Positions 1 to 8,343 are shown, counted from the stretch's first letter. The stretch is DNA of 32,092 bases from Patescibacteria group bacterium (GCA_038064955.1 JBBTRY010000009.1:1-32092), one strand, 5' to 3'. The notes: generated by a model not told the origin, from the sequence alone. Made by a program: numbers and translations.

Positions 1-49
1 ATTTGCCGAGGGGCGAAGCCCCGAGGCAACTTCTTCGGCAAATCTGAAA

Positions 50-125
50 TGGTGGACCCGACCGGATTCGAACCGGTGACCTCCTCGTTGCAAACGAGGC
101 GCTCTACCAACTAAGCTACGGGCCC
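50..125 (-). tRNA. tRNA-Ala (anticodon UGC), 3' CCA encoded
   Basis: The reverse complement folds as a 76-nt cloverleaf. Acceptor is GGGCCCG/CGGGTCC with the G3:U70 Ala identity pair, anticodon loop TTTGCAA, T-arm ACCGGTTCGAATCCGGT, then ACCA. Confidence 0.95.
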
Positions 126-134
126 TCGAGGCTG

Positions 135-206
135 TGGGTGTGGAAGGAATCGAACCTTCGACCTCTGTCTTATCAGGACAGCGTTCTACCACTGAACTAC
201 ACACCC
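135..206 (-). tRNA. tRNA-Ile (anticodon GAU), no encoded CCA
   Basis: The reverse complement is GGGTGTG TA GTTC AGTGGTA GAAC G CTGTC CTGATAA GACAG AGGTC GAAGG TTCGATT CCTTC CACACCC A, 72 nt. It lies 9 nt upstream of tRNA-Ala on the same strand. Confidence 0.93.
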
Positions 207-220
207 GAGTTAAATTACCA

Positions 221-268
221 AGCCGACGCTCCGGTCGGCTCTCCGACCTCGCTCCGCGAGCGTCGGAG
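221..268 (-). other. Two adjacent GC-rich hairpins in the presumed 5' leader of the tRNA-Ile/Ala transcript
   Basis: Hairpin 1 pairs AGCCGAC (221-227) with GTCGGCT (234-240). Hairpin 2 pairs CTCCGAC-CTCGC (241-252) with GCGAG-c-GTCGGAG (256-268). An alternative long-range pairing is CCGACGCTC (223-231) with GAGCGTCGG (258-266). Confidence 0.4.
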
Positions 269-292
269 CTGAACTATGTGCCCGACTGACTA

Positions 293-321
293 TTTTTACA
301 CTTTCTCCGGGAATTTTTCAA
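293..321 (-). promoter_or_regulatory. Sigma-70-like promoter for the tRNA-Ile/Ala unit
   Basis: The minus strand reads TTGAAA (321-316), a 17-nt spacer, then TAAAAA (298-293). It lies between the stop of the 63-aa ORF and tRNA-Ile. Confidence 0.45.
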
Positions 322-331
322 CAAGGGCCGG

Positions 332-523
332 TTATTTTATAAGCTTGAGATTCTCAAATCCCTGCGTGTCGAATTTCACGGCGGCGGCCGACGGTGCCGG
401 CACTTCAAGCGCATTCTCCAGCGTTCCGCCGATTGAGACGATGCTCCAGACCGCAAAGCCGCCGATCAGGAGACACATCAGGATGGCCAAGAGCAGGAAA
501 ATGGATTGTTTCTTTTTAAACAT
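332..523 (-). CDS. Small membrane protein (hypothetical)
   Basis: 63 aa with a basic N-terminus (MFKKKQ) followed by one hydrophobic helix (SIFLLLAILMCLLIGGFAVWSIV). The start lies 3 nt after the stop of the upstream PilO-like ORF. No recognisable family. Confidence 0.4.
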   Translation of the reverse strand: MFKKKQSIFLLLAILMCLLIGGFAVWSIVSIGGTLENALEVPAPSAAAVKFDTQGFENLKLIK

Positions 524-526
524 GGA

Positions 527-1054
527 TTACCTGTAAAAAACCCGGGCACTCACCGACATCGTGAACTTTCCACCGTCGCTGTTGATGGAAATCTTGTCAA
601 TTGAATTCAGGTATTGAAAATCTTGGATGGATTTTATGAAAGACATCAGCGAACTGAAATTTTCAGAACCCGCGGTCAAATTGAAAGAAATGGAACCGAG
701 ACCTTGGTCGGATTTAGGCGTTTCACCGGCGAAAGAGAAACCATATTCCACGTTGCTTCGCGCCGCGAGCGTCTGAATGTCCCGATTGAGATTTATGAGC
801 TGGTCATAGGACGGAATGATGTTATAAAGGACGTTCAAATAATTCTTGGCCTTCGAATTGTATTGGGAACGCAAATTAGCCAGTTCTCCAGCCGAAGCCG
901 TCCGGCTCGCGAGAGAGGCCCGGGCCGTCTCGATTCTGCCCATATAATCGACCATATTGCCCTTGAAGAAAAGGATGCCTCCGAAAAGCGCGATCACGAT
1001 AAGAAGCGCGACGCTCATCTCGACTATGAATTTCTTTTTGAAATGATTATCCAT
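527..1054 (-). CDS. PilO-like bitopic membrane protein (putative type IV pilus/secretion assembly component)
   Basis: 175 aa. Architecture is an N-terminal TM helix (MSVALLIVIALFGGILFF), a coiled-coil-like segment, then a C-terminal alpha/beta domain. The call rests on architecture only, with no motif-level proof. Confidence 0.4.
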   Translation of the reverse strand: MDNHFKKKFIVEMSVALLIVIALFGGILFFKGNMVDYMGRIETARASLASRTASAGELANLRSQYNSKAKNYLNVLYNIIPSYDQLINLNRDIQTLAARSNVEYGFSFAGETPKSDQGLGSISFNLTAGSENFSSLMSFIKSIQDFQYLNSIDKISINSDGGKFTMSVSARVFYR

Positions 1055-1087
1055 CTCTTCATTTCATTATAACTCATTTAATCTATA

Positions 1088-1966
1088 ATGGTTAGAACTG
1101 CGATGGAAACTATTCGCCCGGACGAAGAAAATTATCCGAAACTTTTGAAGGAGCTCAATGACGCTCCTTCCCCTCTTTATTTCACCGGTTCCCTGCCGAA
1201 GGCGAGCGACGTTCTTGTGGCCATTGTGGGCACGAGAAAAGCCGGCCGAGAAGGCCTTTTGGCGGCTAAGCAGATCGGACGTGATCTCGCCAAAGCCGGC
1301 GCGGTCGTGGTAAGCGGACTCGCTTTAGGCATTGACGGGGCGGCGCACGAGGGCGCGGTCGCGGCACACGGCCGAACAATCGCCGTTCTTGGCACCGGCG
1401 CGGATACCATCTATCCTGCCGCGCATGAAAATCTCGCCCGCGAAATACTGGAGAACAATGGTGCGATATTATCCGAATATCCGCCGGGAACGCCTTCTCT
1501 CCCTTATCAATTTTTAGAACGGAATAGGATTATCAGCGGACTTTCGATAGCAACCGTGGTTATCGAAGCGCCGGCTCGTTCGGGCGCGCTCGCGACGGCC
1601 CGCTTCGCCCTGGAACAAGGCCGGGAACTTTTCGTCGTGCCCGGTCCGGCCGTGAGCCAAAATTACCGGGGCTCCCATATGCTTCTCCGAAACGGCGCCA
1701 GAATCGCGACCTCCGCCGAAGAGATATTGGAAGATTTGGAAATCATTATGGAAAATCTCCAAATGACCCTGCCTCTCGCGGAGAAAAAAGGAAATAATTC
1801 TGTGATTATCGAGGCACTCAATAATTCGCCGGAACCACTCACGGTTGACAAGCTGGCAGAAAACACTAATCTTGAAATTCATATACTCAATCAGCGCCTG
1901 ACCCTCCTGACCATGGAGGGGTTAATCGAAGAAAAAGGCGGCCGATTCAGGTTAACCAGACAGTAA
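1088..1966 (+). CDS. dprA: DNA processing protein DprA/Smf
   Basis: The Rossmann-like DprA core is present: VAIVGTRKAG...VVSGLALGIDGAAHEGA...AVLGTGADTIYP...SEYPPGT. It has a C-terminal winged-helix-like tail and the classic dprA-topA adjacency. Confidence 0.9.
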   Translation: MVRTAMETIRPDEENYPKLLKELNDAPSPLYFTGSLPKASDVLVAIVGTRKAGREGLLAAKQIGRDLAKAGAVVVSGLALGIDGAAHEGAVAAHGRTIAVLGTGADTIYPAAHENLAREILENNGAILSEYPPGTPSLPYQFLERNRIISGLSIATVVIEAPARSGALATARFALEQGRELFVVPGPAVSQNYRGSHMLLRNGARIATSAEEILEDLEIIMENLQMTLPLAEKKGNNSVIIEALNNSPEPLTVDKLAENTNLEIHILNQRLTLLTMEGLIEEKGGRFRLTRQ

Positions 1967-1973
1967 AATAATA

Positions 1974-4145
1974 ATGAACTTAGTAATCGTAGAAAGTCCA
2001 ACCAAAGCCAAAACGATTTCGAAATACCTCGACTCATCTTTTGAAATCCGGGCCAGTGTCGGCCATATCCGAGACCTTCCTAAAAATAACAAGAAGGCTA
2101 TCGATATTCCGGCCGGTTTCGTGCCCCACTACGAGATAGTGAAAGGCAAGGAAGCGGTCGTGGAGGAGCTCTCCAAACTCGCCAAGAAGGCCAAGATAGT
2201 CTATCTCGCAACCGACCCCGACAGGGAGGGCGAGGCCATCGCCTGGCACATTCAAGCCGCCTGCGGTCTTAAAAATCCCAAACGCGTTGTTTTCCATGAA
2301 ATTACGGAAAATGCCGTTAAGGAGGCAATGGAGCATCCGCGCGAAATCGATTTGAATTTATTGAAAGCCCAGGAAGCTCGGCGAATATTGGATCGGCTCT
2401 TCGGCTATGACCTTTCGGGGCTCATTTGGAAGAAAGTGCGCTACGGGCTCTCGGCCGGCCGGGTCCAATCTCCCGCTCTCCGTATTCTTGTGGAGCGCGA
2501 GCGCGAGATAAAAGCCTTTATACCCGAAACATTCTGGGCTATCGCCGGAAATTTCCTCACGGAAAAAAATGAAGAAATAACTCTCGTGTGCGTCAAAGAA
2601 CCCCGCGACCGGAAAGAGATGGGGTATATTCTTGAAACGGCTCGAACCAGCAAATGGGCCGTGACTGGCGTGAAACAAACGGAGATAAAACGCTCGCCCC
2701 GCCCGCCTTTCACGACTTCGACCCTTCAGCAGGCGGCAAGCTCCCGGCTCGGCTATTCCCCTTCGCGCACGATGTCTATCGCCCAGAAACTTTACGAACA
2801 AGGCCTCATCACTTATATGAGAACGGACAGCGTAAATATCAGCAAAGAAATCCTGCCCGCTATCCTGGCGGAAGTGGAAAGTAAATTCGGCAAAGAATAC
2901 GTTGAGTCTCGCGTCTTCGTCACGAAGAGCAAAAACGCGCAGGAAGCGCATGAAGCCGTCCGGCCCACGCAGATAAAAAAGAAAACGGCCGGCAATACTG
3001 AAGAACAGAAACGGCTCTATACGCTTATTTGGGAACGCACCATCGCGACGCAGATGGCGGACGCAAAGCTCCTCCGCACGACCGTAACGGCGAACGTTGG
3101 GATCAAGGATATCCTGCCGGATTTCACGGCAAGCGGCAGTATCGTGCTCTCCCCCGGCTGGCTCGCCGGCGACCCGCGCTCGCGCGGCGAAGAAAGAGAA
3201 ATGCTTCGGGTTTCCAGTGGCGAACCGCTTACTTTGAAAAAAATTGATGAGGAAGAAAAACAAACGGAACCGCCGCCCCGCTACACGGAGGCCGGTTTGG
3301 TAAAAGAATTGGAGAAACGGGAAATCGGCCGGCCCTCCACCTATGCCGCCATCATCTTTACTCTTCTCAAAAGAAATTACGTGGAAAAAGAGGGTCGGGC
3401 GCTTAGGCCCACCGACACCGGCGAGGTAGTGTCCGGATTTGTAGAGAAGAATTTTGAGAATTATATCAGCGACTCTTTTACGGCCGAAATGGAAAATGAT
3501 TTGGACGAAATCGCGGACGGCAAGCGGGATTACGAAAAAACCCTTAAGGATTTTTACGGCCCTTTCTCGAAAGACGTGAAAGCAAAAGATAAGCTGGAAA
3601 AAGCCACGACTTTGGGCGAAGATGCCCGCTTCAAATGCCCCTTGAACGAAAACCACGGCATTATGGACATAAAACTTTCCCGTACCGGCCGATTTTTGAG
3701 TTGCAAGCGCTTTCCCGAATGCATGGGTGCGAGAAAAATAGATGGCTCCGTAATGGAACCGCCCAAAGAGACGGGCGAAGCCTGCCCTAAATGCGGCAAA
3801 GGTAAATTGGTGGAAAAAGAAGGCCGCTTCGGAAAATTCATCGCCTGTTCCACCTACCCGAAATGCAAATTTATCAAACAGAGCGAAAACAACATCAAAG
3901 GTACGGGCGTAAAATGTCCGCTCGATAATGGGGAGATTGCGGAGCGCCGAGGACGCTTCGGGCCATTCTTCAGCTGTGCCAACTATCCGGACTGCAAGTT
4001 CATAATGAAATCAAAGCCCACGGGAAATAAATGCGAACTTTGCAGCTCACTCATGATGGAAGGCACGAAAACCATTCCCGAGCGCTGTTCAAACAGAGCC
4101 TGTCCGAACCACAATCCGCACAAATTAAATAAAAAATCTGGTTAA
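1974..4145 (+). CDS. topA: DNA topoisomerase I
   Basis: 723 aa. It has a TOPRIM N-terminus (LVIVESPTKAKTISKYL, ATDPDREGEAIAWH), the active-site region ITYMRTDS, and C-terminal repeated Cys4 zinc ribbons (CPKCGKG...CSTYPKC; CPLDNG...CANYPDC). Confidence 0.96.
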   Translation: MNLVIVESPTKAKTISKYLDSSFEIRASVGHIRDLPKNNKKAIDIPAGFVPHYEIVKGKEAVVEELSKLAKKAKIVYLATDPDREGEAIAWHIQAACGLKNPKRVVFHEITENAVKEAMEHPREIDLNLLKAQEARRILDRLFGYDLSGLIWKKVRYGLSAGRVQSPALRILVEREREIKAFIPETFWAIAGNFLTEKNEEITLVCVKEPRDRKEMGYILETARTSKWAVTGVKQTEIKRSPRPPFTTSTLQQAASSRLGYSPSRTMSIAQKLYEQGLITYMRTDSVNISKEILPAILAEVESKFGKEYVESRVFVTKSKNAQEAHEAVRPTQIKKKTAGNTEEQKRLYTLIWERTIATQMADAKLLRTTVTANVGIKDILPDFTASGSIVLSPGWLAGDPRSRGEEREMLRVSSGEPLTLKKIDEEEKQTEPPPRYTEAGLVKELEKREIGRPSTYAAIIFTLLKRNYVEKEGRALRPTDTGEVVSGFVEKNFENYISDSFTAEMENDLDEIADGKRDYEKTLKDFYGPFSKDVKAKDKLEKATTLGEDARFKCPLNENHGIMDIKLSRTGRFLSCKRFPECMGARKIDGSVMEPPKETGEACPKCGKGKLVEKEGRFGKFIACSTYPKCKFIKQSENNIKGTGVKCPLDNGEIAERRGRFGPFFSCANYPDCKFIMKSKPTGNKCELCSSLMMEGTKTIPERCSNRACPNHNPHKLNKKSG

Positions 4146-4903
4146 AACGGTGTCAGAATCTCCGGTCCGTTGTTTGTGATAACTATCGTCTTTTCAAAAT
4201 GGGCGCTCATACTCCCGTCTTTCGTGGAATAGCTCTCATCATCCTTGTTCTGGCGGATTTGGGAGGTACCTAGAGAGACCATCGGCTCGATAGCCAAGAC
4301 CATTCCCTCTTTCAGTTTCATTCCCTCGCCTTTCCGGCCGTAATTATAAACCGAGGGTTCTTCATGGAGCTTTAAACCCACTCCATGGCCCGTAAGCCCC
4401 GCTATAATGCTCAATCCATTTGTCTCCACGTGATTTTCTATCGCCCAGCCGATATCGCCAAGTGTATTGCCCTTCCTGGCTTCGGCAATGGCCAATCTTA
4501 ACGATTCCTCGGTCGCGCCAAGGAGTTTTTTCACTTCGGGCGATGCCTCCCCCAATGCCACGGTGAGTGCCGCGTCCGTAATATAGCCTTTATAAACCAC
4601 TCCGAAATCCAACTTCAGAACATCACCACTCTGGAGGGTGTAGCTCGTGGGCTCGCCGTGCACCACTTGGTCGTTCAACGACGTGCAGATATTGAAAGGA
4701 TAGGACTTGGAAGAACCTTCCGGATGATAGTTCAAAAAAGCCGAACCGGCGCCGGCATCTTTAAGCATCGCTTTCGCGAGCTCCTCGAATTCTATGAGAA
4801 CGACTCCGACTTTTGCCTTATTCCTAAGTGCGAGGAGAATGTCCACCAGAATCCTTCCGGAGGCGCGCAAACCACCCAAATCTTTTTCGTTTCTGATAAT
4901 CAT
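4142..4903 (-). CDS. map: Methionine aminopeptidase, type I
   Basis: 253 aa with pita-bread fold metal-ligand motifs (VHG, DFGVVYKGYITDAA, GHGVGLKLHEEP, LAIEP). It occupies the conserved position after adk. Confidence 0.95.
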   Translation of the reverse strand: MIIRNEKDLGGLRASGRILVDILLALRNKAKVGVVLIEFEELAKAMLKDAGAGSAFLNYHPEGSSKSYPFNICTSLNDQVVHGEPTSYTLQSGDVLKLDFGVVYKGYITDAALTVALGEASPEVKKLLGATEESLRLAIAEARKGNTLGDIGWAIENHVETNGLSIIAGLTGHGVGLKLHEEPSVYNYGRKGEGMKLKEGMVLAIEPMVSLGTSQIRQNKDDESYSTKDGSMSAHFEKTIVITNNGPEILTPF

Positions 4904-4909
4904 ATCGGG

Positions 4910-5590
4910 TTATTTAAGTTTCAGCGCTTTTTTAACGCTCCCAAAAACCTTGAAAGGCAGGGGTTCGCCGTTTATCGGAAAAACTTTGAAATTTCTTTTC
5001 TTCATTCCGGCGATTATGGGGTAAGTGCGGTTGTGGTACTCTTTCAGGCGGACCTTTATCACTTCCGGCTTGTCCAGAGAGCGCGTCCGCATCTTTCCGG
5101 CGCAGAAGGTGCAGATTTTTATCTTGGCATTTCCTAAGAGCGGCAGTCCGCAGACCGAGCACACGAGCCGGTGGCTGTTCCGATTGAGCGACGCCTTTTC
5201 GCTCACCTGAAGCTGAATGACGGCGACATTACCTTTACCATAAAGCCTTTCAAGTACCTTTGCCAAGCCGTTATCTTTTTTTCCGAACGCTTCGGGCAAT
5301 GTTCTCGGAGAACCGCTGAAAACTATACTATAGCCCAGCTTTGCCATCCGTCCGGCAAATTGAGCGGTAATATTAAAAACCCACGAAGGGGTACAAAGCA
5401 CGCCCGAATCGAAAATGCGCCGCTCCCGTCGAAGGACTGCATTCTTCTCCCATCCGGGAGCTCGGACCAGGCTTTCGATATACCGTCCCGTATCGAAATG
5501 AATGAAATTGTATCTCCGCGCCAAAAGCTCCGCCTGCGTTCCCTTCCCGCTTCCCGGCGGCCCGTAGATGATAACCGCTTGTTTTTGCAT
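4910..5590 (-). CDS. adk: Adenylate kinase (divergent, Zn-type LID)
   Basis: It has the P-loop IIYGPPGSGKGTQ, GSPRT (compare GFPRT), a LID with CSVCG...CTFCAG, and RLKEYHNRTYPI. It occupies the conserved secY-adk-map position. Confidence 0.82.
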   Translation of the reverse strand: MQKQAVIIYGPPGSGKGTQAELLARRYNFIHFDTGRYIESLVRAPGWEKNAVLRRERRIFDSGVLCTPSWVFNITAQFAGRMAKLGYSIVFSGSPRTLPEAFGKKDNGLAKVLERLYGKGNVAVIQLQVSEKASLNRNSHRLVCSVCGLPLLGNAKIKICTFCAGKMRTRSLDKPEVIKVRLKEYHNRTYPIIAGMKKRNFKVFPINGEPLPFKVFGSVKKALKLK

Positions 5591-5611
5591 GATTCAATCA
5601 TATCCCAAAAT

Positions 5612-5654
5612 CCCAAAAATAAAAAACCGATCTGATTCCGAAGAATCAGATACG
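5612..5654 (-). terminator. Intrinsic terminator-like hairpin between secY and adk
   Basis: The minus strand reads ATCTGATTC-ttcg-GAATCAGAT (5651-5630), a 9-bp stem, followed by cggTTTTTTATTTTT (A-tract 5612-5627 on the plus strand). Confidence 0.55.
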
Positions 5655-5719
5655 GGTAAGACTTGTCCGCCGGCTGGGGCGGATTGATAGCGTGTTTTCG
5701 AGACGGTAAGGTTAGGGCT

Positions 5720-6991
5720 CTAGAATATCCCCTCGTATTCGCGAACAGTAAGTTGGCTCTCAATCTGCTTCATTATCTCAAGCGCCACCGCCACCACGAT
5801 AAGGAGCGCCGTGCCGCCGATGGTAAGAGCCTGGATGCCAGTCACAATCTGCGTTATGTTCGGAAGAACGGCAACAACGCCCAGAAAGAGCGCGCCAAAG
5901 AGCGTGATGCGCCGAACAATCCGGCCCACCATCTCCGCCGTCGCCTCGCCCGGCCGGATGCCCGGGATGAATCCCCCGCTCCGCTGGAGGTTCTTGGCAA
6001 TTTCCTGCGGATCGAAAGTGATAGCCGTATAAAAATAAGTGAAGAGCACGACGAGCGCGAAGTAGGCCAAGCTGTAGAGCGGGATGTTCGCGAAGAAGCC
6101 GCTCACGAGTTCATTCAGCTTTAGGGAAAGCGCCGGAGAAAATATGGAAGCCGCCTGGGCGATGAATTGCGGAAAGAGCAAAAGCGAAATGGCGAAGATA
6201 ATAGGAATGACGCCCGCCTGGTTCACGCGGAGAGGCAGATAAGTGTTCACACCGCCGTACATCTTGTTCCCCCGCACCTGCTTGGCATAGGAGACCGGAA
6301 TTTTCCGCTCACCCTCATTCACGAAAACTACGCCCGCGATGACGATAATACTTAGAACCACGAAAGCGATGTAGGTCGGAAGCATAGCCGGATTGTAATT
6401 GAAGAAAGCCGAGCTCACCTCCTGGGGCAACTGGCTCACAATGCCGGCGAAAATAATCAGGGATACCCCATTCCCGATCTTGTATTCGGAGATGAGTTCG
6501 CCAATCCACATCAAAAAGATGCTGCCGGCCGTGACTACGATGACATTCCCGAAGAAATTGACGAAGGACAGTCTATCCAAAATTCCCTGGGAAGTCAGAA
6601 GATTCAAAAAGCCGTAGGCCTGAAGAATCGCCAAAGGTACGGTGAGATAGCGTGAGATACGATTGAACTTCGCCTGGCCCGCCGCTCCCTCTTCGTAATA
6701 GGCCTTCTTGAGATTCGGAAAGACGATAGTCAAAAGCTGCATTATAATGGTGGCCGTGATATAGGGACCGACGCCCAACATCATCACCGACAGATTGGAA
6801 AGGCCGCCGCCCGAAAATATATTCAGGAAGCTGAAAAGCTGGTTCGAGCCCAGGAATTGCTGGAGCTTCAAAACATCAATGCCCGGAATCGGAATGGTGG
6901 CCAGAAGCCGGAAAACGAAAAGCCAGAAAAGGACCATCAGGACCTTCTTTCTCAAATCCGGAATTTTGAATATCTGGAGAAAACGATTCAT
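5720..6991 (-). CDS. secY: Preprotein translocase subunit SecY
   Basis: 423 aa, multi-pass membrane protein with SecY signatures (GGLSNLSVMMLGVGPYITATIIMQLL, GGFIPGIRPG). It follows rplO. Confidence 0.97.
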   Translation of the reverse strand: MNRFLQIFKIPDLRKKVLMVLFWLFVFRLLATIPIPGIDVLKLQQFLGSNQLFSFLNIFSGGGLSNLSVMMLGVGPYITATIIMQLLTIVFPNLKKAYYEEGAAGQAKFNRISRYLTVPLAILQAYGFLNLLTSQGILDRLSFVNFFGNVIVVTAGSIFLMWIGELISEYKIGNGVSLIIFAGIVSQLPQEVSSAFFNYNPAMLPTYIAFVVLSIIVIAGVVFVNEGERKIPVSYAKQVRGNKMYGGVNTYLPLRVNQAGVIPIIFAISLLLFPQFIAQAASIFSPALSLKLNELVSGFFANIPLYSLAYFALVVLFTYFYTAITFDPQEIAKNLQRSGGFIPGIRPGEATAEMVGRIVRRITLFGALFLGVVAVLPNITQIVTGIQALTIGGTALLIVVAVALEIMKQIESQLTVREYEGIF

Positions 6992-7003
6992 AGATTCATA
7001 TCC

Positions 7004-7423
7004 TTATTTTACACTACCGCCGGCTTTTTCTATCTTGGCCTTCGCCGAAGCGGAAACTTTGATGCCTTCGAGAACCAGAGCTTCCTTCAATTCGCCGTTT
7101 CCCAGGACTTTCACGCGCTCCGAAAGCCTGCCAATGACTTTTTTCTGCACCAGAATATTTTTGTCTAATTTTCCGCCCACGGCGTACTTTCCGAGATCGC
7201 CGACATTCAGCTCTATAGCCGGCTCCCTTCTGGATTTGTTCTTCACGCCCCGGAGCTTCGGTAACTTCGATATGATATCCCGCTCGGCCGGGCGCATACG
7301 ACGTCCGGAGCGCGCCTTTTGTCCCTTCTGACCCTTGCCGGAAGTGGTGCCGCGCTTGCCGCCGCGGCCGACCCGCTTCTTCCTCTTCTTCGCGTTCTTC
7401 GATTTTAATTCGTGGGTTTGCAT
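7004..7423 (-). CDS. rplO: 50S ribosomal protein L15
   Basis: 139 aa with the basic Gly-rich N-terminus typical of L15 (KRVGRGGKRGTTSGKGQKGQKARSG). Position is between rpsE and secY. Confidence 0.9.
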   Translation of the reverse strand: MQTHELKSKNAKKRKKRVGRGGKRGTTSGKGQKGQKARSGRRMRPAERDIISKLPKLRGVKNKSRREPAIELNVGDLGKYAVGGKLDKNILVQKKVIGRLSERVKVLGNGELKEALVLEGIKVSASAKAKIEKAGGSVK

Positions 7424-7424
7424 A

Positions 7425-7928
7425 TTATTTTGATAAAGTCAGTTCACTTAATTTTTTGAGTGCTTCGATGGTCGCCATAGCGTTCGCCAACTTGTTGGTC
7501 GTCCGGCCCAAAATCTTCGCCGAAATATCCTTGATGCCCACCATCTCCAAAACGACGCGAGCCGAACCGCCGGCGATAAGGCCGTGATTCAAACGGGCGG
7601 GTTTTATGCGCACCCGAGCAGCGCCGTACTTCGCGTCCACATCATAGGGAATAGTGCGATTGTCTTTCAAAGCCACTTTGATGAGATTTTTCTGCGCCTG
7701 GCGTTTGGCCTTCTCGACGGAAGCGGCCACATCGAGCCCTTTCGCGATGCCGACGCCCACCCGGCCCTTGCCGTCGCCGATCACGACCGTCGTGCGGAAA
7801 CTGAAGCGCTTGCCGCCGGCCATCACGCGGGTTACGCGGCGCACTTCGAGCACCTTGTCACGGAACTCGCTCTTGGGCTTCATCGGCCCCCTGTTATTCG
7901 AACGATTGTTGTTTCTCTGGTATGCCAT
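7425..7928 (-). CDS. rpsE: 30S ribosomal protein S5
   Basis: 167 aa with the S5 dsRBD and C-terminal domain (VLEVRRVTRVMAGGKRFSFRTTVVIGDGKGRVGVG). Position matches the conserved order. Confidence 0.95.
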   Translation of the reverse strand: MAYQRNNNRSNNRGPMKPKSEFRDKVLEVRRVTRVMAGGKRFSFRTTVVIGDGKGRVGVGIAKGLDVAASVEKAKRQAQKNLIKVALKDNRTIPYDVDAKYGAARVRIKPARLNHGLIAGGSARVVLEMVGIKDISAKILGRTTNKLANAMATIEALKKLSELTLSK

Positions 7929-7962
7929 AATTTTGTATTTTAGTATATCCCTTATCCTTGTT

Positions 7963-7974
7963 AGGTGTGGGGGG
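7963..7974 (-). repeat. Half-site of the C-rich palindrome family (CCCCCCACACCT on the minus strand)
   Basis: The plus strand reads AGGTGTGGGGGG immediately after the rplR stop (7975-7977), within the 46-nt rplR/rpsE spacer. No partner arm was found nearby. Confidence 0.4.
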
Positions 7975-8334
7975 TTAGAGTTTCAAGCCTCCTTCCCGCG
8001 CCGCTTCGGCGAGCGCTTTCACCCGACCGTGGTAGCGGTAATTGCCCCGGTCGAAGGCCGCTTCCTTCACTCCCGCTTTCGCGGCTTTCTCCGCGAGCGT
8101 TTTACCGACCGCTTTGGCGATATCCGCTTTTTTGATTTTACCTTTATTCTTGATTTCGAGCGAAGAAGCGGAGGCGAGCGTCTTACCTGTCGCATCATCG
8201 ATAATCTGCGCGTAGATATGGATATTGCTCCGAAAAACCGAAAGACGCGGCTTCGGCGAGACGCTCTTGATGCGATTCCGGACCCGCTTTGCCCGGCGCA
8301 TCTTGACCTGATTGTGTTTTTTTACGGAATTCAT
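7975..8334 (-). CDS. rplR: 50S ribosomal protein L18
   Basis: 119 aa. L18 motifs are present ([42 protein letters not shown]). Confidence 0.95.
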   Translation of the reverse strand: MNSVKKHNQVKMRRAKRVRNRIKSVSPKPRLSVFRSNIHIYAQIIDDATGKTLASASSLEIKNKGKIKKADIAKAVGKTLAEKAAKAGVKEAAFDRGNYRYHGRVKALAEAAREGGLKL

Positions 8335-8343
8335 GTTTTTATT

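Noticed and set aside
50-206. The tRNA-Ile/tRNA-Ala pair as evidence that the window contains part of an rRNA operon.
   Set aside because: No 16S-like or 23S-like sequence is present in the window. The upstream side is protein-coding with its own promoter. Only the unseen region beyond position 1 could hold a 23S gene.
276-536. 86-aa plus-strand ORF overlapping the tRNA promoter region and the 63-aa minus-strand ORF.
   Set aside because: It overlaps the promoter and leader of the tRNA unit and is antisense to a plausible TM-helix ORF. The sequence (S/A/F-rich) has no features of a real protein.
6268-6280. CCCCCGCACCTG inside secY resembling the palindrome arm core.
   Set aside because: It is a single occurrence inside a conserved coding segment (encodes ...QVRGN...), with no partner arm nearby. 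It is most simply a chance match.
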